Positions 18,681-29,900 of a DNA stretch of 64,000 bases are shown here, in pieces; the first letter of the stretch is position 1, and each line of letters opens with the position of its first letter. Below the pieces are notes generated by a model. The model saw only the letters and a list, made by a program, of their open reading frames with translations, did not search any database and was not told the origin of the DNA. The stretch covers positions 1-64,000 of the forward strand of contig JACRKG010000054.1 of NCBI GenBank assembly GCA_016215315.1. Reading direction: 5' to 3'. This DNA comes from Candidatus Woesearchaeota archaeon. Lineage in GTDB: Archaea; Nanobdellota; Nanobdellia; Woesearchaeales; ARS49. A program made the position numbers and the translations under genes.

Positions 18681-20312
18681 ATGCCAACAATACAATTTAA
18701 ACTACAAGAACTGAACAATTTGTTAGACAAAAAAATAAATTTAGCACAACTAAAAGAATTACTCATTCAAGCAAAAGCAGAATATGACGGAGAGCAAGAA
18801 GAAAAAATAAACATAAAATTCAACGACACAAACCAGCCATACTTGTGGGGTGTTGAAGGGTTGTCCAGACTTCTCAAAGGACTTCAAGGAACACAAAAAG
18901 GACTTCCAGTCATCAAAGTAAAAAAATCAAACGCAGAAGTAAAAGTAGACAATAGCGTAAAAAAAATAAGACCATTCATAGTATCCTTCTTAGCAAAAGG
19001 AAAAAAGATCGACGAAGATCTATTACTACAATTAATTCAATTACAAGAAAAATTAAGCGAAAACTACGGAAGAAAAAGAGCAAAAATAGCAATAGGAATT
19101 TATCCATCAAAAAAAATCAGTTTTCCAGTAACATACAAAGCAGCAAACCCAGAAACAAAATTCACACCATTAGACTTCAACAAAGAACTATCACTAAAAC
19201 AAATCTTAGAAGAACACCCAAAAGGAAAAGAATACGCACACATCCTAAAAAACTTTGACAAATACCCAATACTGGTTGATAGCACAGGAAAAGTCTTATC
19301 TTTCCCCCCAATAATAAATTCAGAAACAACAGGAAAAGTAACACCCGGAGAAGAAGAATTATTTTTCGAAGCAACAGGAACAGACCAAAAATCACTCAAT
19401 TTGGTCTGCAACATATTTGCATACGCACTAAACGATCAAGGATTCTCAATAGAACAAGTAAAAACCGACGGAGAATTAACACCAGAACTAAAAACAACAA
19501 AAACAAAAATAACAAAAGAACAAGTAAAAGAATTATTGGGCTTAGATTTATCCGAAAAAGAAATAAAAACATTACTAGAAAAAATGGGCTACAATTATTC
19601 TAGTGGAATCATAGAGATTCCTTCATATAGAACTGACATAATGAACACAGTAGACATTATAGAAGACATAGCAATAGCTTACGGATACGAAAACATACCA
19701 TCAGAACCACTAAAAACACAAACAATAGGAAAAACACTTCCAATCACAAAATTCATCAACAATATAAGACAATTAATGGTTGGCTTAGGGTATCAAGAAA
19801 CATTCTCAGCAGTACTAAACAACAAAAACAATCTCTACGAAAAAATGAACACTCAAGACTTTGGAACAATAGAAATAAAAGACTACATGAGCGAAACATA
19901 CTCAGTAATAAGAAGCTGGATGCTACCAATATTAATGGAAGTACTCTCAAAAAATCAACACAATTCATATCCACAAAAAATATTTGAACAAGGACTAACA
20001 TCAACTCTGAAAAACGGAAAAGCATCAGATCAAGAAAAAATATCTTTCGCAACAGCACATACAAAATCAGATTTCACAGAAGTAAAACAAGCAATAGACT
20101 TAATATTCAGACTATTACAAATCGATTACTCAATAGAAGAAACAAAACACACAAGCTTCATTCAAGGAAGAACAGCAAAAATAATAGTGCATGATAAAGA
20201 AATAGGAATTTTAGGTGAAATACACCCACAAACACTACAAAATTGGCAAATAGAAATGCCCGTAGTTGCGTGTGAAATAAACTTAACAGAACTTTTTGAA
20301 CTAGGAGAGTAA
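18681..20312 (+). CDS. pheT: phenylalanine--tRNA ligase beta subunit, archaeal type
   Basis: 543 aa. B3/4 and B5 regions are present, and the length is typical of archaeal PheT. Tight pairing with pheS. Confidence 0.85.
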   Translation: MPTIQFKLQELNNLLDKKINLAQLKELLIQAKAEYDGEQEEKINIKFNDTNQPYLWGVEGLSRLLKGLQGTQKGLPVIKVKKSNAEVKVDNSVKKIRPFIVSFLAKGKKIDEDLLLQLIQLQEKLSENYGRKRAKIAIGIYPSKKISFPVTYKAANPETKFTPLDFNKELSLKQILEEHPKGKEYAHILKNFDKYPILVDSTGKVLSFPPIINSETTGKVTPGEEELFFEATGTDQKSLNLVCNIFAYALNDQGFSIEQVKTDGELTPELKTTKTKITKEQVKELLGLDLSEKEIKTLLEKMGYNYSSGIIEIPSYRTDIMNTVDIIEDIAIAYGYENIPSEPLKTQTIGKTLPITKFINNIRQLMVGLGYQETFSAVLNNKNNLYEKMNTQDFGTIEIKDYMSETYSVIRSWMLPILMEVLSKNQHNSYPQKIFEQGLTSTLKNGKASDQEKISFATAHTKSDFTEVKQAIDLIFRLLQIDYSIEETKHTSFIQGRTAKIIVHDKEIGILGEIHPQTLQNWQIEMPVVACEINLTELFELGE

Positions 20313-20340
20313 ACCTAATCTTAATCGGGGAAAATATTTA

Positions 20341-21117
20341 ATGAAAAAAGTAATAAACGCACTATTAGTATCTACAGTACTAACAACTTCTGTTTATGCA
20401 AATGAATTAGAATTTGTTCCGCCCATTCATGAAGTAGCACGACAAGTAAGACAAAAAGAAGAACGAGAAAAATATCAAGAAATATTTAAAAGTCTTCCAA
20501 ATAATTTAGACGAAAAAATAAAAACGCCAGAACAACCCGAAAAAGATCCCGTAGACCAAATATTAAGAAATCTATTAATCGTTATAGGCATACAAGCAGA
20601 CTCATTCTTATCGGACGTTGCAGTAAGAGAACTAAGAAAAAAATTAATAAAAGAAGCAGACTCGAGAGGAAACTATTTGAACGAAATCAGTCTAAAAATA
20701 GACCGACAACAACCACAAGTAATAGACCCAAAAAAAGGTACTGAAATAAGAGAAATCAAAGGAATAGAATATAATTACATAAGCGGAGTAGGAATCTCAT
20801 TCAGACCATCACAAAACTCAGCATTTGAAACAAAACTAAGAGGGAGCGTAGACCCATTAGATTTAGAAATCAATCCAAAAATAAAAACAGAACTAAAAAT
20901 AAACAATTACTTAGAAATTTATGGAGAAATAGAAAGAAAATTCAAACCAAATGAAACGGGCGAAAGAAAATACGAATACGGTTTTACTTTCAATGTACTT
21001 AATTTTTTCAACAGAAACAACAAAACACCAGAACAAACATATGTTCCAGCAACTGCAAAAAGTGTACTGGAAGAAGCAAAACGCAATTATGACAACAAGA
21101 AAAAAACAAAGTCATAG
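20341..21117 (+). CDS. secreted hypothetical protein
   Basis: N-terminal signal peptide MKKVINALLVSTVLTTSVYA. 258 aa, hydrophilic. Confidence 0.5.
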   Translation: MKKVINALLVSTVLTTSVYANELEFVPPIHEVARQVRQKEEREKYQEIFKSLPNNLDEKIKTPEQPEKDPVDQILRNLLIVIGIQADSFLSDVAVRELRKKLIKEADSRGNYLNEISLKIDRQQPQVIDPKKGTEIREIKGIEYNYISGVGISFRPSQNSAFETKLRGSVDPLDLEINPKIKTELKINNYLEIYGEIERKFKPNETGERKYEYGFTFNVLNFFNRNNKTPEQTYVPATAKSVLEEAKRNYDNKKKTKS

Positions 21118-21180
21118 ATTTCTTCAAAACAATACTTTTTTAAACAAAGAAAACCAAACTGTAAACTAAAAGAGGAAAGC

Positions 21181-21855
21181 TTGAAAATAAACCAACCAAT
21201 AATTGTAATATTATCAATCGCAATTCTATTAATAATGCTAACCTTGTTCAACACAATAACAGGAAAACAAGTTCAAGAAGGAGAAGAATACAGAGGAAGA
21301 TGGTATCCGCCAGTTGAAAGTCCATTAGAAGGAATACCGGAAGGAACAAGATATGACTTACCTGAAGAATGCCCAATAAACGTCAACGAACTACCAGAAG
21401 GTGTAGGTGTTGGACCATCACTAGGACCAATAGATGTGTACATGAAAAAATCGCTAGAAGTACCAACAGAACAAGTAGTAGATCCTGATACTGATGGAGA
21501 TGGTCTAACAGGCAAAGAAGAATTAATTATAGGTACAGACCCGAATAATTACGATACAGACGGAGATTCCTGGTCTGATGGTGTGGAATATTTTTACGGA
21601 GGAGATCCTTTAGATAAAAAAATAGTTCCTCAAGATTCTGACAATGATGATTTACCAGATAAGCAAGAAAAATACTTAGGCACAGATCCAAACAATTATG
21701 ATACGGACAATGATGGATATTCTGATGCAAAAGAACTCAGAGAAGGAACAGACCCTTTAGATCCAGAAAGTCCAAAGTTCAAAGAGATTAGAGGACAACC
21801 TCTTCCGAGAGAATACCAAAAAGAATTTGATAACGGAGAAATACAAGCAGGATGA
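21181..21855 (+). CDS. membrane-anchored Ca2+-binding repeat protein (thrombospondin type-3-like D-x-D-x-D-G repeats)
   Basis: N-terminal TM anchor. Repeated [52 protein letters not shown] and DPLDPE motifs typical of TSP3/OmpA-like calcium-binding loops. Confidence 0.6.
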   Translation: MKINQPIIVILSIAILLIMLTLFNTITGKQVQEGEEYRGRWYPPVESPLEGIPEGTRYDLPEECPINVNELPEGVGVGPSLGPIDVYMKKSLEVPTEQVVDPDTDGDGLTGKEELIIGTDPNNYDTDGDSWSDGVEYFYGGDPLDKKIVPQDSDNDDLPDKQEKYLGTDPNNYDTDNDGYSDAKELREGTDPLDPESPKFKEIRGQPLPREYQKEFDNGEIQAG

Positions 21856-21857
21856 AA

Positions 21858-21935
21858 TAGTTTACAGTTTGAAGTTTGCAGGGTTATCTTCAGATATCAG
21901 TTACTGTAAACTGTGAACCGCAAACTGTAAACCAA
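21858..21935. repeat. Heptamer-periodic hairpin repeat element
   Basis: TTTACAG TTTGAAG TTTGCAG GG - 20-nt loop - CTGTAAA CTGTGAA CCGCAAA CTGTAAA CC. Confidence 0.7.
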
Positions 21936-22024
21936 TTTTGAGTCATTATCGGTAGTTGAATAACAAAAAATCCTTCTAAGTACATAAATATTTATAAACA
22001 AAAACACCTTAAATCAAATAAAAA

Positions 22025-25000
22025 ATGAGGATGAAGCAAGAACACCTAGTTTTATTAATAATTTTATTAGTTGGAATAATATCAATTTCTGTTTCAACAC
22101 AATTCACAGGACTAGCAACACAACAAGCAAAAAAAGCAGACATGCAACCGGGACTTGTTGCTTACAAATTCTACGAACAAGAAGAAATAACATTCTCACC
22201 ATACGAATGTCCATTTGATTTTGAACTAACAACAAAAGATGAAGATATTTATTCGTCACCAATAACTGGAAGGGCAGTAAATACGCCTTCAACTGTGCCA
22301 GTATTTTATCCTGCTCCGAATAATAACAATTACAATGGACCTATACCACAACAACCTAGAATGGGCATAGCCTGCTGTTACAATGATCCATCTTTTAATG
22401 GTGTTGTTGTAAGTGAATCCTTGATAGATATGAGTAAAAAAAACAATCAATGCAGTTCTGGCACAATGTGGGGTTATGATGTTGATGATGGCTGTACATA
22501 TAAAAATGGACAATATTATGCAGTATCATTTTCTTGTGTAGATAGTGAATTTTCTTGGGCAACAGAATCAACATATTCTCAATATATTAAACGAGTCGAA
22601 ACATCTTGCGGATCACAAGCAAACAGTTGCAGTAATGGAGCATGTGTATCAACTACAGTCGGACCAGGAGGTAAATGCACTTCACAATCACAATGTCCTA
22701 CAGGATATATTTGTGGTAACATGGGTGTAGGAGGAGGAACTTGCGTACCCTTCTCACTTGGTCAACCAACTCCACCAACACCAACAACACCTCCACCAGC
22801 ATTAGATTGTGGACAACCAACTTGTCATGATCCAACAGAAAAAAGAAATTACAATCCCACAACAGGCGTTGCAGCATGCAATTGTAATTGGAATAGATGC
22901 GGGAACAACGTTTGTGAATTAGGAGAAAGCAATTCTAACTGTCAACCTGACTGTTTTCAATTTAGTTCAGGCGCTTCAAATCTAAACAGAGCTCACTGCG
23001 GAGATGGTTTTGGTTTAGTTAATACAAACGAATATTGTGATTGGCAACAAAATAGTTACAAGCCAACAACCTTTACATACATCTCAGAACATCCGGGTGT
23101 AGTAAATCAAAATCTTCTACCAAATAGAGGACAAGCAATATCTTGCGCAACTTTAGGTTATCAATACGGAACTCCCGGTTGTGATTTTGATTGTTTGATT
23201 AATACTGGAACTTGTACGAACACTCCCCCCCAAATTTGTGGGGATGGTATTTGTAACAGCAAAATAGGTGAAGATAGTTTTTCTTGTTCTAATGATTGTT
23301 CTCCTGCAAGTTGTATCTCTTTCCGTGAAAACGATGAAGTAAAACCCACTGATTTACAAGGAAGAATGCACAAATTTAAAGTAAATATCATTGATAAAAT
23401 ATCAAAAACAGTCACAACAACATATGATAGCACTCCACTAATTTTAAGCCGGAATCAACATTTAATCACAACACCATACGATATTTTTTTTGAACTACTA
23501 GGTGAAGATAATACTGGGCTCTACGCGAGAGTTTGTTTAACAGAACCAGCACCAATAGGAGGAACGTGCACGACAAATGCTGGATGTCAAACAGGACTAG
23601 TATGCACAAGCAATGTTTGTTCATTGCCAGGACTAAATCAACAATGCAATCCAACTGTTGGTTGTGCAGGAAATTTATTATGCCAAAATAATATTTGTAC
23701 AAATCCACAACAACCAATAGGAGGATCCTGTACAACTAACTCAAACTGTCAAACAGGACTAGTTTGTACTAATAATGTTTGTTCATTACCAGGACTTAAT
23801 CAGCCATGCTATCAAGGAACTTGTCAACAAGGATATACTTGTAATTCAAATGTTTGCACAATACCTAATCAAGGACAACCATGCACTACAACAATCGGTT
23901 GCTCAGGAAATTTATTATGCCAAAATAATATTTGCACTCAACCAGCACCAGTAATAAATTGCAACAATAACAATATTTGTGACGCAAATGAAGACGCAAC
24001 AAACTGCCCAAGCGATTGCGATTTAGGAACATTATCAACTTTTTGTACAACGTCAAGTTCAGGAATACAATTATTATCCTTAGGACAAACAATAACATTC
24101 ACAGATTCACAAGGGCTTTCTCACACTATAGAACTAATTTCAATAGCCACAACAACAAAAACAGCAATAATAAAATACGACGGAACAACAATGAGTTTAA
24201 ACTTAAAACAACACTCAACTACATCAACATATGATATTTTACTTGCACTAATTGGCTCAAACGCTCAAGGAAATTATGCAAGAATTTGCGCAAACATTCC
24301 AGTAACACAATCCATAATAGGTTGCTCACACACATTCACTAACGCAGTAATTTATTTCTGGGATGGAATCATAGGAAGTAAGTCTTCAGGACAACCAACA
24401 GGCACAGATACATATGTTATTGTAAGTTATAATGGTCCTGATTGGGACAAGTACCCAGACCAAAAAGGAGTTAAGTGGTCAATTCAAGGAAAAGAATTTC
24501 CTGCAGATCCTACTATGAATGTAGGCTGGACTCCACAACCACCAGGAGCTATACCCACATCTAGAACAATGACCGTAAAACTAACAGGACTACAACCAGG
24601 ACAAGCAAACTTAGAATTACAAAGCGATGCAGGAGCTTTTTGCAGAACAAAACAAGTATTAATTCCAACACCAACAGCTCCGCCACCACCACTAACTTGC
24701 GCAGATGTATTTACTCTACACAGTGTTGAAACAGCTTTCTTTGAACAAGGACAAAGAGTACAAAACAATGCAGTTAAAGGACCAGACTCACAAGTACAAG
24801 TTAAGTTAGCTGGAATAAATTTAGGCTACACAGTAAATGATTTCAAATTTACAGTTGACGGAAATCCTTCAGGAAGAATAACAGAAGTAACAGAAGATGC
24901 AGGATATACATACATTAAAAGCGACATAACATTCACTCAAACACCAACACTTGTATCAGTAACAGATTCTCAAGGAATCAAATGCAGTCAAGACATACCA

Positions 25001-26113
25001 ATAGCATGGACTCAAAGAGTTGCACCAGCATTATGCGGCAATGGACAATTAGATCCTGGAGAATTGTGCGACAAAGGAGCAGCAAACAGTAACAACCCTG
25101 ACGCTGAATGTAGAACAGATTGCAGACCAAGAAGATGCATGGACTTAATATGCGATGCAAACAGCGGAGAAACAAAAGACACCTGCCCGAGAGATTGCGC
25201 ACCATACTGCGACCAAACAACACCTTGCGCAGACCCTGCACAAACATGCATAACAACATTCAACAGATGCATAACACCTTGCAAGCAAGACCAAATAATG
25301 GGCAACGACTTAATATGCAGAGATAGAACAACAGTAACTCAGAAAAAACCAGAAGCAGCAAAAGCACCAGAAAGAAAATATGAACAACGCACATTTGAAG
25401 AAATAATAACTTACTGCCCAGAATTATTCCAAATACCTGCAAACAAACAATTCAAAATAAAATTCAAAACACCAACAGACCCAAGAGTTCCAGAAAAACT
25501 AAGAAGACTAATCGATCCAAAACTACCACTAGTAGTAACGTGCAGCGGAGTAACAAACGTTGCAGAAGTAATAAAAGTTCCAGGAAATGTTTATGAAAAC
25601 ACATTCACGCTGGCAGTACCACCTACATCCTGCACATTCAGAGTACTAAAAGATAAAGTAGCAGCATACGTCTCACCAGAATACTCAGAAATATCTACAA
25701 GAACAACAAGTGCGGAAGAAATCAAAGAAATAAGAGACACAGAACCACCAGAACAAATAACACAACCAACATCACAACCAATACCACAACAACCAACAAC
25801 AGAAAGACCATCAAGCATACCAACACCACCACTAGCACAAGAAACACCGTCAACAACAGAACAACCATCAATAGAAAGACCAACTACAGTTCAAGAACCT
25901 ATAAAAATAATCGGCACTCCATCATCAGGAAAAACAATCAAAATAAAAATAACGAGCACATCACAAGAACCAGAAATAGTTGTAAACTTATTAAGCGACG
26001 CATCAAGATATCCAAAACTAATCACTGCAAAATTCAAGAAAAAAATAAACACAGAACTAAATGAATACGAAGCAGAAATAACACCATACAAAAAAGAGGC
26101 AGATCTAAAATGA
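22025..26113 (+). CDS. large secreted/surface cysteine-rich repeat protein (1362 aa)
   Basis: Signal/anchor at the N-terminus. Four tandem ~40-aa Cys modules (GGTCTTNAGCQTGLVCTSNVCSLPGLNQQCN...). A myxo-type Cys-rich repeat (CGNGQLDPGELCDKGAANSNNPDAECRTDC). Pro/Thr-rich low-complexity stalk near the C-terminus. Confidence 0.65.
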   Translation: MRMKQEHLVLLIILLVGIISISVSTQFTGLATQQAKKADMQPGLVAYKFYEQEEITFSPYECPFDFELTTKDEDIYSSPITGRAVNTPSTVPVFYPAPNNNNYNGPIPQQPRMGIACCYNDPSFNGVVVSESLIDMSKKNNQCSSGTMWGYDVDDGCTYKNGQYYAVSFSCVDSEFSWATESTYSQYIKRVETSCGSQANSCSNGACVSTTVGPGGKCTSQSQCPTGYICGNMGVGGGTCVPFSLGQPTPPTPTTPPPALDCGQPTCHDPTEKRNYNPTTGVAACNCNWNRCGNNVCELGESNSNCQPDCFQFSSGASNLNRAHCGDGFGLVNTNEYCDWQQNSYKPTTFTYISEHPGVVNQNLLPNRGQAISCATLGYQYGTPGCDFDCLINTGTCTNTPPQICGDGICNSKIGEDSFSCSNDCSPASCISFRENDEVKPTDLQGRMHKFKVNIIDKISKTVTTTYDSTPLILSRNQHLITTPYDIFFELLGEDNTGLYARVCLTEPAPIGGTCTTNAGCQTGLVCTSNVCSLPGLNQQCNPTVGCAGNLLCQNNICTNPQQPIGGSCTTNSNCQTGLVCTNNVCSLPGLNQPCYQGTCQQGYTCNSNVCTIPNQGQPCTTTIGCSGNLLCQNNICTQPAPVINCNNNNICDANEDATNCPSDCDLGTLSTFCTTSSSGIQLLSLGQTITFTDSQGLSHTIELISIATTTKTAIIKYDGTTMSLNLKQHSTTSTYDILLALIGSNAQGNYARICANIPVTQSIIGCSHTFTNAVIYFWDGIIGSKSSGQPTGTDTYVIVSYNGPDWDKYPDQKGVKWSIQGKEFPADPTMNVGWTPQPPGAIPTSRTMTVKLTGLQPGQANLELQSDAGAFCRTKQVLIPTPTAPPPPLTCADVFTLHSVETAFFEQGQRVQNNAVKGPDSQVQVKLAGINLGYTVNDFKFTVDGNPSGRITEVTEDAGYTYIKSDITFTQTPTLVSVTDSQGIKCSQDIPIAWTQRVAPALCGNGQLDPGELCDKGAANSNNPDAECRTDCRPRRCMDLICDANSGETKDTCPRDCAPYCDQTTPCADPAQTCITTFNRCITPCKQDQIMGNDLICRDRTTVTQKKPEAAKAPERKYEQRTFEEIITYCPELFQIPANKQFKIKFKTPTDPRVPEKLRRLIDPKLPLVVTCSGVTNVAEVIKVPGNVYENTFTLAVPPTSCTFRVLKDKVAAYVSPEYSEISTRTTSAEEIKEIRDTEPPEQITQPTSQPIPQQPTTERPSSIPTPPLAQETPSTTEQPSIERPTTVQEPIKIIGTPSSGKTIKIKITSTSQEPEIVVNLLSDASRYPKLITAKFKKKINTELNEYEAEITPYKKEADLK

Positions 26114-26346
26114 AAACATTTTTTTCGAAGAAAAAAATAATATTTTTAATTTTCGTAATTTTATTACTGATCTTAGTCGGATGCAAAAAAGAAGACTCAG
26201 AACTACAAAAATTAAAAGAATTACAAAAACAAAAAGAAACACCAACAACAAAACAAATAGCAGAAAAACCAAACCCAATAAAAGTAAACGAAAAACTAGT
26301 AGTAGTTGACGGTGAAGGAAGACAGTTGGAAGTAAAAGTGGAATAA
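26110..26346 (+). CDS. small lipoprotein (78 aa)
   Basis: Start overlaps the upstream stop in ATGA. Signal peptide with lipobox LVGC. Confidence 0.5.
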   Translation: MKTFFSKKKIIFLIFVILLLILVGCKKEDSELQKLKELQKQKETPTTKQIAEKPNPIKVNEKLVVVDGEGRQLEVKVE

Positions 26347-26788
26347 TTCTTAGGTATTACGATACCAGGATGTTTATAAACACTTAGGTATTCTGATACC
26401 GAAACATTTAAAGACTAATATCGTTTAAATCATAACAATTTTGTCATTTTGTTGATACTAAAGTAGTATACTTTACTATCAACTATTCAAATTTTTCTAT
26501 TCAAAGAAAACGAAATTACTCCTTTAGAGATAAAATATCAAGAAAAAATATCCTGCAATTCCAATACACCAATTATTGGCGTTGCTGAATTAGTTTGCAC
26601 GTAAAAGACTTATCAGTATCATCTCTAGCTTGGCTGGACAAATTGTTCGGCTGCCAAAAAAGAACAAAAATAAGCAAGCAAATAAGTCTGGCAGCCGCTA
26701 GGGGAAAATTTTCCTTGAAAACGATAAAATAGGTGAAAATAATTCTTAAAAACGCTTAACCTTCTTTTCGACGGTGCAGAACAGCAAT

Positions 26789-26797
26789 ATTTATAAA
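26789..26797 (+). promoter_or_regulatory. candidate TATA box for the giant-gene operon
   Basis: ATTTATAAA lies about 130 nt upstream of the 26919/26931 start. The hairpin repeat element at 26848-26910 would then lie in the 5'UTR. Confidence 0.3.
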
Positions 26798-26847
26798 CAA
26801 AAACTCCTAAAAACAGTTATAAAAGGGTGTTTAAGGGATTTAACGGG

Positions 26848-26910
26848 TTTACAGTTTGTAGTTTGCAGTTTATAGTCCCGTAAACCGTAAACTTTGAACT
26901 GCAAACTAAA
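26848..26910. repeat. Heptamer-periodic hairpin repeat element (best copy)
   Basis: TTTACAG TTTGTAG TTTGCAG TTTATAG - tcccg - TAAACCG TAAACTT TGAACTG CAAACTA. Ends 9 nt before the giant gene start. Confidence 0.7.
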
Positions 26911-26918
26911 AAGAGAGG

Positions 26919-29900
26919 GTGTATGATGTAGTGAACAAAAGAGTGATAGCATTGTTCGTAATAGTATTATTTCTAAACATCACATTAGTTTCAGCACTAC
27001 CAGTTTGGCTTGAATGGATGCTAAAACTACCGAGCATAACTGGAAAACAAGTATTTCAGCAACAAACTTGTCCTTCTGGTTATTCTCCAGTTAAAGATAA
27101 CAACCAATTGATTTATGCGGCAAACTGCCAAACAACTGACTCAGGAATAATGGGCAATTTATACTTAGGAAATAATCCTCAGTTGTATACTCCCGAAGGA
27201 TTTGTACTGGCAGGACTAGTAGATTTTGCATGCACCCCTGAAATAACAGAAAGAACTGAAACAATTTGCGGTCCATTTGTAGGAAATTCAGAAATGGGAG
27301 AACCATTGTCTTTAGTATGTCAAAAATCAATTTCTTGTGAAACAACACAACAACCACCAACGACTCCACCAGTAGAAACCCCACCAACAACAGATCAACC
27401 GATACAACCCTGTTCAGGAGTAGAATGTCCTGCAGGAAAAATACTTAACACAGGAACTTGCTCTTGTGAATGTGCTTTGACAAATGCAATATGTAAACAA
27501 AACTTAAACAATAATGATGCATATGCAGATCTAACAGCTTGCTCTTGCAAAATAAATGAAACACCTCCCCAAACATCAGAAAATTTATGCCCTTCGGGAG
27601 GAACTGTTGAAGCACTTGCAGATACTTGCGAAAAATATGGAAGTTGCCCAACACCACAAATAGCTTGCGGAGTAAAATTTACGGGTTATGGATCATCAAC
27701 AGCATTTGAATGGGGACCTCAATGTTTAGATAAAACAAAAATAACTTATTATTGCGGAGCAACAAACAACGAAGGAAAAACAGCAATCTGCCAATTAGAA
27801 AACGCATGTGGAAACAACGAAATTTGCATTCAACAACCACAAGAAAATCCAACAAATGTTTATTGTAGTGCTCCAGAAAGTGCTTGTCCTCTAGAACCAG
27901 GAGCAGAAGAACCTTGTCAAGAAAAAAACAAAGCAATAAGTATTCAATTTCCGCCAGGTTCTGAAGTCTTAGACAAACCTTACTGTGATAACTTATGCCA
28001 ATTATCTTATTGTTATCAAACGAGCGATAAAAAAATTACAATAGCAAAATCTCCTGGAAAAGAGGAACAGTCAAGAGAAAATGGTAAAGCATATGATGAT
28101 TCTGGCAAAGAAACAGGAACAGATACAGAAACTTGTTATACTTGTTCATTCTATTCATCGGGAGACTTCCAACCAATTGCTTGCCCAATATCTGAAGTAG
28201 CTTGCAATAATAACAATGTAGCGCAATTAGGAGAAGAATGTGACGGAACAGACTTAAAACAAAAAAATTGCAAAGACTTTACTCAAAGCACAATACTGCA
28301 ACCTTTCGACGGAGGAAAACTAAAATGTGACACCGCTTGCGATTACAACACAAATGAATGCTATGTTTGCGGCGATGGATCAATTGACGGACCAGAACAA
28401 TGTGACATCAATGAAGCGGGACAAGAATTTGGTTGCGATCCAGGATGGTTCTGCGGAGTACAATCAGGGTTAAGATGTCAATGCATTCCTCCAATTATTG
28501 AATCAACAAAAGAATCCTGTCAAAAAGCAGGAGTATCCACGACATTAATCAAAAAAGATCCACCACTAGCTTACACATATACTGATGGAATCAAACCATC
28601 ACTTGAAGAAGCATTCAATCAAGCACTACTAGAAACAACAGGCACACTAAAATCAGAAGGAATAGAACTAACAAATCCATCAACAGACTTTGAAAATATT
28701 TGTTTTAAATGCAACATAGAAGGAGAAGCACAAACGGGTGACGATGTAAGTAGAAAAGTATTCGCTGATTATTGTGCACCAGTAGAAAAAGTAAACCTAA
28801 AAACAGCATGCATCCAAGAAGCAAACGGAGTAACATTCCAACAAAAACAAAACGAAGATGTAAAAGAAGAAACAAAATATCCAAACAAAGCAAGACCAGA
28901 AATAACAAAGAAAGAAGGAAGAAAATTAAGCTCGCCAAAAAAATTCAGCAATCAAGAATTCTCTCAATCACTCAATATTCCAACTTCAGAAGTTTCTAGT
29001 GTAGACTTAAACAATGTCTGTTGGGCTTGCGGAATACCAGACACAAGTTACAGTTTACTGGGAGGAAAATTTTCAACGTCAGGTCAACAAGGAGTAACTT
29101 CACAAGCATCATTAGTTCCTGTGAGAATTGATTGTCCAATAATAGAAAAAGCTGAAACGAATTGCTGTATTAGAAAAGATGATGAAGGAAAAATTGTAGA
29201 ACGTGCTTTAGTTGAGGGTAAATGTCCAGAAAAATTACCAATAAAAGATCCAACTGGAGAAGCTTGCAAAATTATTGAAAAAGGAAAACAAGTTTGTTGT
29301 CTAGTTCCTCCTGTTCCTGAAAAGAATATTCCAGAAAATTATGTTTGGAAAGAAAACTCGTGTGGAGAACTAAAAGAATTCCCAGAACAATATTGTAATC
29401 CAATTAAAAGATTAGCTTGTGAGATATGTCCTTCTTGTGATAATGCAATAGGAGGTTTACCTCAAGGAACTCCATCACAAAGCTTGCTTTTAGCAGATCC
29501 TAAAGGAATCATTGGAGAAGGTGATGAAGAACAAAAACAACCCAAATGCGGTGACGGAGTAAGAAATGGAAAAGAAGATTTTGATCCAGGAATGGCAGTT
29601 GTTAATGCAAGAAAAGAATCAGAAAACGGAGCAAGAACTCAAACAATTTGTCCAGTACAAGAAGGATCAACAGGTTCTCTAGTAACAAACCAATGGGATG
29701 ATCACTGCAAAAAAATAGGTTTAGGAACACAATTCAACATTAACACGTGCAAATGCGAAGGCACAACAGAGCTATCAACATCACAATCACAACAACAAAT
29801 TAAAACAAATTGTGAAGTTTACAAACCATCAACAGAAAAAACAGAATTACCACAACTAGAATTACTAAAAAAAGAATATATTAGTTTTGCTCCAGAAAAA

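Noticed and set aside
20951-21169. 72-aa ORF overlapping the end of the 20341-21117 gene
   Set aside because: Out-of-frame overlap with a better-supported gene. No independent signal.
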